Position numbers and translations under genes: made by a program
Source of the DNA: Candidatus Latescibacterota bacterium
GTDB taxonomy: Bacteria; Latescibacterota; UBA2968; UBA8231
Assembly: GCA_965261395.1 (NCBI GenBank)
Contig: OZ253462.1
Coordinates: 2,624,001-2,688,000, forward strand
DNA length: 64,000 bases
Direction of reading: 5' to 3'
In this document: one piece after another, positions 47,417 through 55,343 of the stretch
Numbering within the stretch: the stretch's first letter is position 1
Layout of the letters: each line of letters opens with the position of its first letter
The notes under the pieces: model-generated
Databases searched by the model: none
Seen by the model: the letters and a program-made list of their open reading frames with translations, nothing else
What the model was told of the DNA's origin: nothing

Positions 47417-48222
47417 GACTGCCCCAATTCGGCGGAGCGCTCGGCTGCGGCCAGCACGGCGCTGATCAAGGCGTCGCGCAGCCCTTTTTCTTCTAGCTTG
47501 TGTAGCCCTGCGGCCGTAGTTCCGCCCGGCGAAGTAACTTGATCCCTGAGCACGGCCGGATGCTCGCCGCTTTCGAGTACGAGGCGCGCGGCACCGAGCA
47601 GGGTTTGCGCGGCGAGCTTTAATGCGGTTTCACGCGGCAAGCCGGCGCGTACGCCGCCATCGGCGAGAGCCTCGACGACGGTGTAAGCCCAAGCCGGGCC
47701 GCTACCGGAAAGCCCCGTAACGGCGTCCATGAGACTTTCGGGGACCTCGACTGTTGCGCCGACCAAGTCGAAGAGAGACCGCACCAGCGCCACCTGCTCC
47801 GCGCTGGCAGCGCGACCGGCGCAGAGAGCGCAAGCCGCACCCCGGACCCTCACTAGTGTCTGCGGCATGACGCGCACCACGGACATTTGCGCGGGTAGCA
47901 GCTCTTCAAGCCGAGCGGTCGATACACCGGCCATAAGTGAAACGACTACCTGCTGGGTACTGAAGTGCGCGGCTAGCCCCTTCAATACCGGAGCGGCTAC
48001 TTGCGGCTTGAGCACCAACACTACCAAATCCTGGCCGCGGACCGCATCTGCAGCGTCGGTGCCGGTGTGAATGCCCAACGCCGACAAGCCTTCGAGTGCT
48101 TCCGGACGGATGTCGGTCGCGGTTATCTGACCCGAAGGAAGCAGGCCAACCAAACCTTCAATCAGCGCCCCCCCCATGTTGCCGGTGCCCACAAATCCCA
48201 ATTTGCTCTTTTCGATCATCAA
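47413..48222 (-). CDS. proC: Pyrroline-5-carboxylate reductase
   Basis: G.GNMG, TGLSGSGPA, VTSPGGTT. Confidence 0.95.
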   Translation of the reverse strand: MMIEKSKLGFVGTGNMGGALIEGLVGLLPSGQITATDIRPEALEGLSALGIHTGTDAADAVRGQDLVVLVLKPQVAAPVLKGLAAHFSTQQVVVSLMAGVSTARLEELLPAQMSVVRVMPQTLVRVRGAACALCAGRAASAEQVALVRSLFDLVGATVEVPESLMDAVTGLSGSGPAWAYTVVEALADGGVRAGLPRETALKLAAQTLLGAARLVLESGEHPAVLRDQVTSPGGTTAAGLHKLEEKGLRDALISAVLAAAERSAELGQS

Positions 48223-48341
48223 TTTTTAGACCCGATAAAATACGACAAATTCCAAGCACAAAATTAAAATGGCCGTTTTAGCAAATTATGTCAAACGCCT
48301 CTAATGAGAGCGTTCCCCCTATGAAAAAGCTAGATTTTTGC

Positions 48342-48369
48342 TTGACTTATACGGCCCTAGTAATATATT
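48342..48369 (+). promoter_or_regulatory. Sigma70-type promoter of the H1-like/SWIB gene
   Basis: TTGACT-16 nt-TATATT in an AT-rich divergent intergenic region; AAAGGAG RBS before ATG 48511. Confidence 0.55.
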
Positions 48370-48510
48370 GGAAAATAATGTTGTAGCTTCACAAAACGGG
48401 TAACATCGGCCCTAAACTTCACGAGGCGGAAAAGGCCGATAAGCCGCATTCTCAAATTCTCAGACCCCTTTCGCGGGTTTTATCCCTAATTAACCAAAGG
48501 AGAATTTCGC

Positions 48511-49062
48511 ATGGCTAAGAAGAAAGCTGCCGCTAAGAAGGCCGCCGCGAAGAAGGCCGCTCCTAAGAAGGCCGCCGCGAAGAAGGCCGCTCCTAAGAAG
48601 GCCGCTCCTAAGAAGGCCGCTCCTAAGAAGGCCGCTCCTAAGAAGGCCGCTCCTAAGAAGGCCGCTCCTAAGAAGGCCGCTCCTAAGAAGGCCGCTCCTA
48701 AGAAGGCCGCTCCTAAGAAGGCCGCTCCTAAGAAGGCCGCCGCGAAGAAAAAACCCGCCGTGAAGAAGACTGCTGCAAAGAAAAAGCCCGCCGCGAAGAA
48801 AAAGGCGAAACGCAAGCCCAATCCCGCCTTTATGAGGCCCTTGCAGCCCGACGCCGCCCTAGGGGCCATAGTCGGTAACAAGCCATTGCCGCGCACTCAG
48901 ATTACCAAGAAAATCTGGGCGTACATCAAGAAGAATGGCCTGCAAGACGAGCAAAACAAGCGCATGATCAATGCCGACGACAAGCTCCAAGCCATCTTCG
49001 GTGGTGAAAAGCAAGTGAGCATGTTTGAGCTGACCAAACTGGTTAGTGAGCATGTGGAATAG
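48511..49062 (+). CDS. Histone H1-like KKAAP-repeat protein fused to a SWIB/MDM2 domain
   Basis: 15 KKAA(P/A) units, then PNPAFM.P..P...L.AIVG..P.PRT..TKK.W.YIKKNGLQD...KRMINAD.KL..IFG...QVSMFE. Confidence 0.92.
   Translation: MAKKKAAAKKAAAKKAAPKKAAAKKAAPKKAAPKKAAPKKAAPKKAAPKKAAPKKAAPKKAAPKKAAPKKAAPKKAAAKKKPAVKKTAAKKKPAAKKKAKRKPNPAFMRPLQPDAALGAIVGNKPLPRTQITKKIWAYIKKNGLQDEQNKRMINADDKLQAIFGGEKQVSMFELTKLVSEHVE
48520..48744 (+). repeat. 15-bp coding tandem repeat (15 units; 10 identical consecutive copies at 48580-48729)
   Basis: AAGAAGGCCGCTCCT with AAGAAGGCCGCCGCG variants. Confidence 0.95.
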
Positions 49063-49099
49063 CTACTCCTAAGCAAGACGTTGTAGCCCAGTACCATTG

Positions 49100-49135
49100 G
49101 AGAGGGATTCCCGGCGGGGGGTCCCTCTCTTTGTT
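49100..49135 (+). terminator. Intrinsic terminator after the H1-like/SWIB gene
   Basis: GAGAGGGATTCCC...GGGGGTCCCTCTC followed by TTTGTT. Confidence 0.7.
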
Positions 49136-49148
49136 ATATTACCCTTCT

Positions 49149-50198
49149 ATGTCCCCTTACTTTGAGCTGATCCTAGCCGTCAGCATCGTCCTCGTCGTAT
49201 CCTGTGTTTGTTCGCTCTTGGAAGCCGCGCTCTACTCGCTGCCCGCTAGTCAGATCGAAATGCTAGCTGGCCAAGGACGTACTTCGGGCAAGATCCTCAA
49301 GAGCTTGTACGCGGATATCCAGCGCCCTATCTCGGCCATCCTCACGCTGAACACCTTGGCTAACACCGGCGGAGCCGCCATTGCGGGTGCCGCTTTTGTC
49401 GGCGTGTTTCCGCAGACGCCGGAGACGTACTTTACCATCGCTATCTCGCTGGGAGTATTGATCTTTTCGGAGATTATCCCCAAGACGGTGGGGGTGGTGT
49501 ACGCCCGGTCTCTGGCTCGGTTGATCGCCCATCCGATCCAATGGCTGGTGTGGCTGTTCGCACCCTTTATCTGGCTCAACAAATTCATCGTTCGGCTGAT
49601 CACAGCCGGGGTACCAGCCGTGCCGGTGGTGGTGCCAGAAGAGATTGAGATTATCGCGCGGATGAGCCGCCGCTCTGGCACCATATCGTCCAACCAAGAG
49701 CGCGTCATCCAAAACATCCTCAAGCTCGACGAGTTGCGGGCGCGCGATATTATGACCCCGCGCACAGTGGTCCACTGCCTCGACCGCGATTTGAGCTTGG
49801 CCGAGGCTCGCCAGCAGTCCGCTGGCTGGTCTCACAGCCGGGTGCCACTCTACCAGGGAGAGCGGGAAAACATCGTTGGCTTAGTGCTGCGGCGCGATGC
49901 GTTCAGCGCCTTGGCCGATGGCCGCGATCAAGCCAAGCTCTTTGAGGTGGGCCGTTCCATCCATTCGGTGCCCGAGTCGGCGCGGGCTAGCCGCCTGCTC
50001 GAAGAATTCATCCAGCGGCGCGAGCACCTTTTTGCCGTCGTCGATGAATACGGTGGCTTCGCCGGCATCGTTACTTTGGAGGACGTGATTGAAGAAATCG
50101 TCGGCCAAGAAATCGTCGGCGAATTCGATCCGGCCGTCGATATGCAGGAGCACGCGCGACAGGAACGCCAAGACCTGACCGACTCGGCACCGGAATGA
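49149..50198 (+). CDS. CNNM (DUF21)-CBS protein, hemolysin/CorB-like Mg2+ homeostasis family
   Basis: CSLLEAAL.S, ILTLNT.ANT.G, SEIIPKT, MTPR, SR.P, VDEYGG..G.VTLED..EEIVG.EI. Confidence 0.9.
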   Translation: MSPYFELILAVSIVLVVSCVCSLLEAALYSLPASQIEMLAGQGRTSGKILKSLYADIQRPISAILTLNTLANTGGAAIAGAAFVGVFPQTPETYFTIAISLGVLIFSEIIPKTVGVVYARSLARLIAHPIQWLVWLFAPFIWLNKFIVRLITAGVPAVPVVVPEEIEIIARMSRRSGTISSNQERVIQNILKLDELRARDIMTPRTVVHCLDRDLSLAEARQQSAGWSHSRVPLYQGERENIVGLVLRRDAFSALADGRDQAKLFEVGRSIHSVPESARASRLLEEFIQRREHLFAVVDEYGGFAGIVTLEDVIEEIVGQEIVGEFDPAVDMQEHARQERQDLTDSAPE

Positions 50199-50277
50199 GG
50201 CCGCCTGTTCACCGCGTCTTTTTTTAACTAAGTTTTTACTCGCTGTTAAACCCTCTCAAAAGGAGTATCTACGGACG

Positions 50278-51360
50278 ATGAAAGCGCTTGTTGCGCTCGC
50301 GGACGGCACCGTCTTTGAGGGCCGTGCCCTTGGCCACGGGGGTGAGTGCCTCGGCGAAATGGTCTTTAATACCAGCATGACCGGCTATCAGGAAATTCTC
50401 ACAGACCCCTCCTATGCCGGCCAGATCGTCACCATGACGTACCCACTTATAGGCAACTACGGGGTCACGCCCGAAGACGACGAATCGGCAAGGCCCCAAG
50501 TCCGCGGCTTCCTGATGAAAGAGTGCTGCCGCCTACCGAGTAGCTGGCGTGCGCGCCAGAGCTTACCCGCGTACCTCGAAGAGCACGGCGTTCTCGGCAT
50601 CGAGGGCATCGACACCCGCGAGTTGACCCGCAGAGTGCGCATCAAAGGCGTGATGGACGCCGCCATTTCCACCACAGATCTCGACCCGGACAGCTTAGTC
50701 GAAAAGGCTCGCGCTTGGTCCGGGCTCACCGGTGTGGACATGGTCGCCGCCGTTAGTTGCTCTGCGCCCTATGTCGAAAGCCCCGAAGCCCCGCGCTTCC
50801 ACGTCGTTGCGCTAGACTACGGAATCAAGCGCAATATCGTCCGCTGCTTGGTCGCCGCGGGATGCAAGGTGACGGTCGTGCCGGCTAAAACTACAGCCGA
50901 CGAGGTTGTGGCCTTAGAGCCGGACGGCGTCTTTCTCTCCAACGGACCGGGCGACCCTCGGCCCCTCGACTACGCGATCGCGACCTGTAAGGGCCTCATT
51001 GGCAAAAAGCCGATCTTCGGCATTTGCTTGGGCCACGAGATTCTCGGCTTGGCTTTTGGCGCGGAAATTTACCGCCTCAAATTCGGGCACCGTGGGGCCA
51101 ATCAGCCGATCAAGGAACGCGCTAGCGACCGGATCCTGATCACCTCTGAAAACCACGGCTGGGGCATTGCGGCCGACTCGTTGCCCGATTGCCTCGAAAT
51201 CACTCGCCTTAACCTCAACGACAATTGCGTCGAGGGCCTGCACCACCGCGAACTGCCCATTTTTTCCATTCAGTGCCACCCGGAGGCTTCGCCAGGTCCG
51301 CACGACAGCTTCCACCTCTTTAGCTATTTCGCTGAGTTGATGGAAAAGCACTCCTCGTAA
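50278..51360 (+). CDS. carA: Carbamoyl-phosphate synthase small subunit
   Basis: FNTSMTGYQE.LTDPSY.GQ, SNGPGDP, GICLGH, HPEASPGP. Confidence 0.96.
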   Translation: MKALVALADGTVFEGRALGHGGECLGEMVFNTSMTGYQEILTDPSYAGQIVTMTYPLIGNYGVTPEDDESARPQVRGFLMKECCRLPSSWRARQSLPAYLEEHGVLGIEGIDTRELTRRVRIKGVMDAAISTTDLDPDSLVEKARAWSGLTGVDMVAAVSCSAPYVESPEAPRFHVVALDYGIKRNIVRCLVAAGCKVTVVPAKTTADEVVALEPDGVFLSNGPGDPRPLDYAIATCKGLIGKKPIFGICLGHEILGLAFGAEIYRLKFGHRGANQPIKERASDRILITSENHGWGIAADSLPDCLEITRLNLNDNCVEGLHHRELPIFSIQCHPEASPGPHDSFHLFSYFAELMEKHSS

Positions 51361-51420
51361 GGCCCTTTGCGGCGGCACTACCCGTTCACTCAACCAAACC
51401 CCAAGCCAAGGAAGCCCTCC

Positions 51421-52467
51421 ATGCCCGTAGTCCAACACGACGTCCTCAACGATCTCTGCTATCGCATTTTTGCCGCTACTGGTATCCCCGCAGATGACGC
51501 CCGTATTGTCGCCGACCACGTCGTCGAAAGCCACCTCCACGGCCACGATTCCCACGGCACTTGGCTAGTTCCCGGCTACGCCCGCGGTATGCAAAATAAC
51601 TACGTCCGCTGGGAAGAGACCCAAGTCGTGCGCGACACCCCCGTGCTCAGGGTCGTCAACGGCAAGGGAGCCAACGGCATCGTCGCCGTCAATCGCGCCC
51701 TCGACATTGCCGTTGACAAAGCCCAAAACTCCACCTTCGGTTTTGTCGGCCTCAACCACATCAGCCATATCTGCCGCCTCGGCGACTATCCGCCGCGGAT
51801 CGCCGAAAAGGGCATGATCGGTATGGTTTGGCTCAATGGCGGTGGCCTCTTCCTCGCGCCCTTCGGCTCGGCCGACCGCCGCCTGCGTCCTGAGCCCATC
51901 GCCTTTTCCGCCCCGCGCCAAAACGGTCCGCCTTTCATGCTCGATATGACCATGACCGTCGTGGCCGGTGGCAAAATCGTGCAGAAGAGCATTCGCCAGG
52001 AGCCAATGCCCGAGGGTTGGGTTATAGATCAGGAAGGCCAGCCCGTCACCGACGCCCAGCGCTATTTAGACGACTCCGAAGGCACCGGTGTCTTGCCGTT
52101 GGGCGGCCTGCAGTTTGGCCACAAAGGCAGCGGACTGGCGATGATGGTGGAAATGTTGGTGGGACCGCTCTCGCACGCGGGCTGCACCAAAGAAGGCGGC
52201 AACGGCGGTAACGGGATCATGGTCCTGGCGATCAATATCGAAGACTTTATCGACTTGGACTCGTACGAGCGCGAGGTCGAAGAGATGGCCAAGTGGGTGT
52301 GCTCAGCTCGCCCCTTGCCCGGGTTTGAGAAAGTCTATGCGCCCGGCGAGCTCGAACAGCAGACTAGAGCGCGACTGCTGGTCGAAGGCATTGATTTGCC
52401 CCAACCCACTTGGGATGAAATCGGCGAGGTGGCGGCGGAGTTGGGCGTGGAGATGCCCGCGCTATGA
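51421..52467 (+). CDS. Ldh_2 family (malate/L-lactate-type) oxidoreductase
   Basis: G.DSHG, HI.RLG.Y, LDM, GHKGSGL, PGE. Confidence 0.88.
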   Translation: MPVVQHDVLNDLCYRIFAATGIPADDARIVADHVVESHLHGHDSHGTWLVPGYARGMQNNYVRWEETQVVRDTPVLRVVNGKGANGIVAVNRALDIAVDKAQNSTFGFVGLNHISHICRLGDYPPRIAEKGMIGMVWLNGGGLFLAPFGSADRRLRPEPIAFSAPRQNGPPFMLDMTMTVVAGGKIVQKSIRQEPMPEGWVIDQEGQPVTDAQRYLDDSEGTGVLPLGGLQFGHKGSGLAMMVEMLVGPLSHAGCTKEGGNGGNGIMVLAINIEDFIDLDSYEREVEEMAKWVCSARPLPGFEKVYAPGELEQQTRARLLVEGIDLPQPTWDEIGEVAAELGVEMPAL

Positions 52468-52483
52468 GCTTTAGAAGTTGAGA

Positions 52484-53734
52484 TTAGAAAAGTTTGAAAT
52501 TGTCCGCATCCATGCAGCGCGCTTGGTGCATGAGCACGGCGTTCATCAGCTCGATGGCCAGCCGCGACTCTAGGGTTGCGCCGGCGCGCACTCCCACGCA
52601 GGGATCGTGGCGACCCTTGGCGAGTTGGAACTCGATTTCTTCGAGGTCCTTGCGCACGGAATTTTGGGGTTGGGCGATGGTGGCCGTGGGCTTGAAACTC
52701 AAGCGGCATACCAGCGGCATACCCGTCGTCACGCCGCCGAGCAGGCCGCCGTGGCTGTTGCGCTGGTACCCGTCTTTGCGGATGGGGTCGTTGTGTTCGC
52801 TGCCTCGGCGCGCAGACGCAGCGCGGCCCGTGCCTATTTCGCATGCTTGCACTGCGTGCAGGCCGCCGAGGCTACCCATCAGGCGCAACTTCAGGCTTTG
52901 GTACAGCGGTTCGCCGATGAGTGGGGGCACGTTGACCGCCACTACTTCGAGTGCCGCGCCGACGGAGTCCTGCTCCTTGCGGGTCTTGGTAATCAGCTCG
53001 GCTGCTTGGTGAGCGAAATCCGCATCCACCGCGCGGAGCGGCCCACGCTCCAGCTCGCCCTCGAGCGCGGCGCACGTTGAGGGAGACAGGGGCTGCCCAT
53101 CGGCCTCGGCGACTAGTTCGGCGACTCGTGCCGCTAGGGAGATGCCTGTCTCCAGCGGCCCGACTTGGCAGATCGAAGAGAAAATGGCCGTGCCGAAGTG
53201 TTCGGCCAGATAGAGGCGGGCAATGGTGCCACCGATGACATCGGAGATGGTCGAGCGATAGCTAGAACGCCCGCCGCCACGCACATCGACAAAGCCCCGC
53301 GATTTGTAGTGTTTGACTAGGTCCGTATGTCCGGGCCGGACGTGGCCCTGCGGCCCGGCGAACTGCTTGTAATCGCCCGAGCGCTTGGCGGCCGAGAGCA
53401 CGGCTGCGGCGATCGGCTCACCCGTAGTGAACCCAGCTTCATAGGTGCCCACTGGCGTCTCGTCCTCGCCTAGATGAAAATGCAGCGCTGGACCGGATAG
53501 GAGCTGGTCGTGATCTTCTGAGTAGAGGCCGGACAGCAGAGCGACTTGGTCATCTTCCCGCCGGGGGGTGCCCAGCTTGTTGCCGCCGGGGCGGCGGCGG
53601 TCGAGATAGTGCTGGATCTGGGCGCGCTCCACCCATAGACCGGGGGGACAGCCGAAGACCGTGGTGACAATTGCCGGCCCGTGCGATTCTCCTGCTCCGG
53701 CAACGCCAAAAAGCGGTCCGCCGAGTACTTCCAT
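52484..53734 (-). CDS. aroC: Chorismate synthase (divergent)
   Basis: GESHG, RRRPG....TPR.E.D, RPGH.D, RGGGRSS, N..GG.LGG.T.G, FKPT.TI, GRHDPC. Confidence 0.88.
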   Translation of the reverse strand: MEVLGGPLFGVAGAGESHGPAIVTTVFGCPPGLWVERAQIQHYLDRRRPGGNKLGTPRREDDQVALLSGLYSEDHDQLLSGPALHFHLGEDETPVGTYEAGFTTGEPIAAAVLSAAKRSGDYKQFAGPQGHVRPGHTDLVKHYKSRGFVDVRGGGRSSYRSTISDVIGGTIARLYLAEHFGTAIFSSICQVGPLETGISLAARVAELVAEADGQPLSPSTCAALEGELERGPLRAVDADFAHQAAELITKTRKEQDSVGAALEVVAVNVPPLIGEPLYQSLKLRLMGSLGGLHAVQACEIGTGRAASARRGSEHNDPIRKDGYQRNSHGGLLGGVTTGMPLVCRLSFKPTATIAQPQNSVRKDLEEIEFQLAKGRHDPCVGVRAGATLESRLAIELMNAVLMHQARCMDADNFKLF

Positions 53735-53878
53735 GCCAAAGGCTCCTTTACCAAAGAGTGTAAAAATCTACTGCTTTGCCCCTTGGTCGGCAATCGGTGC
53801 GCTGCAGGTTGTGGGCTAGACGTAAGAGGCGAAAAAGCGATTTTTTTCTTATTTTTCAGCAACGCAGAGAGGAGATCA

Positions 53879-55342
53879 ATGGCAACTAACGAGTTGGAGC
53901 GCGGCGTTCCGAACAGCCGATATAAGAAGCTCGAAGCCGAACTGCGCACGGAACTGATCGCTGCTCAAGAGCAGTTGCGGCAAGCTCGCTTTCCAACTCT
54001 CATCGTCTTGGGTGGTTTCGCTGGCGCTGGTACGAGCGAGGCGAGCAATGCGCTCAGGCAGTGGATGGACTCGCACGGCATCGCGGTCTGTGCCTTTGAG
54101 CCGCCGTCCGCAGAGGAGCGCGAGCGCCCGGAGTACTGGCGCTATTGGCTCTCCCTGCCGCCGAAAGGAACAATCGGCATCTACTTGAACGGCTGGTACG
54201 ACCGCCCGCTGCGCGACCTAGCTCATGGTCGCAGCGATGAGGCGGCCTTTGACCGCGACAGCGACCACATCGAGGCCTTTGAAAACGCGCTCGTCGTCGA
54301 TGGTGCGCTGCTGATCAAGTTGTGGATTCACTTGGACAAAGAGGCGCGGCAGCAACGCATTGCAGACTCGGAGCAGAACCCGCTGACCCGCTGGCGGGTG
54401 AACGCGGATGCAAGAGAGGGCTTGAAGTACTACGACGAGTTCAAACGAGCTGCCGACCGCTTGCTGCAAAAGACCAACATCCGCGACGCTCATTGGCAGG
54501 TTGTCGAAGGCAGCGACCCTCACTCCATGTTGGTGGTGGGCCGCGCTGTGCGCGACGCCATCAGCCAGCGCCTAGCCCAAAAGAGCCGCCCCAAGCTCGT
54601 TAGCGCGGACTGGCCGCCCGCACCCAATGTGCTGACCCAGTTGGACATGGAAAAGCGGGTGCCCAAGAAGGAGTACCAGCCCCTGCTAGAGCGCTACCAA
54701 GGACGGCTCTATCGCTTGGCTCAGCAGGCTCGCCGCAAAGGCGTCTCTACCGTCTTGGTTTTTGAAGGGGCCGATGCAGCGGGGAAGGGCGGGGTCATCC
54801 AGCGCCTGACGGACGCCCTCGACGCCAGTATCTATCAGATCATTCAAGTCACCGCTCCCACGGACGAAGAACACGCCCAACACTACCTCTGGCGCTTTTG
54901 GCGTCACCTGCCGCGCGCAGGTCGGGTGGTGATTTTCGACCGCAGTTGGTATGGCCGGGTGTTAGTCGAGCGCGTCGAGGGCTTTGCCGACGAAGCGGCT
55001 TGGCAGCGGGCGTACGGCGAAATCAACGATTTTGAGAAGCAGCTAATAGACCACGGCATGGTAGTGGCCAAATACTGGATTCACATAGACAAGGATGAGC
55101 AGCTCCGGCGCTTCAAATCGCGGCAGGCGACCCCACACAAGCGCTGGAAGATCACCGACGAAGACTGGCGCAATCGAGAGAAATGGGACGAGTACGAGGC
55201 CGCTGTCGACGACATGGTAGCTCGCACCCACACCCCCGCCGCTCCTTGGACCTTGGTGGAGGGCAACGACAAACGCTTCGCCCGCCTCAAGGTCATCGAG
55301 ACGCTTTGCCAGCAGCTAGAGCAGGCGCTCGCTAGCGGTTAG
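53879..55342 (+). CDS. pap: Polyphosphate:AMP phosphotransferase (two-domain class II PPK2)
   Basis: Degenerate N-terminal PPK2 domain; C-terminal FEG.DAAGKGG, FDRSWYGRVLVERVEG, WK.TDEDWRNR. Confidence 0.92.
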   Translation: MATNELERGVPNSRYKKLEAELRTELIAAQEQLRQARFPTLIVLGGFAGAGTSEASNALRQWMDSHGIAVCAFEPPSAEERERPEYWRYWLSLPPKGTIGIYLNGWYDRPLRDLAHGRSDEAAFDRDSDHIEAFENALVVDGALLIKLWIHLDKEARQQRIADSEQNPLTRWRVNADAREGLKYYDEFKRAADRLLQKTNIRDAHWQVVEGSDPHSMLVVGRAVRDAISQRLAQKSRPKLVSADWPPAPNVLTQLDMEKRVPKKEYQPLLERYQGRLYRLAQQARRKGVSTVLVFEGADAAGKGGVIQRLTDALDASIYQIIQVTAPTDEEHAQHYLWRFWRHLPRAGRVVIFDRSWYGRVLVERVEGFADEAAWQRAYGEINDFEKQLIDHGMVVAKYWIHIDKDEQLRRFKSRQATPHKRWKITDEDWRNREKWDEYEAAVDDMVARTHTPAAPWTLVEGNDKRFARLKVIETLCQQLEQALASG

Positions 55343-55343
55343 T

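Noticed and set aside
48520-48744. Repeat array as possible CRISPR
   Set aside because: Contiguous 15-bp coding repeat without spacers; no cas genes in the window
48486-48896. 136 aa - strand ORF with (AAFLG)n repeats resembling a membrane protein
   Set aside because: Reverse complement of the KKAAP repeat; promoter, RBS and SWIB domain support the + strand
46034-51360. hisH-hisF without hisA, and carA without carB
   Set aside because: Split operons are common; partners may lie outside the window
53879-54600. Degenerate Walker A in the first PPK2 domain as pseudogenisation
   Set aside because: An inactive N-terminal domain is normal for two-domain class II PPK2
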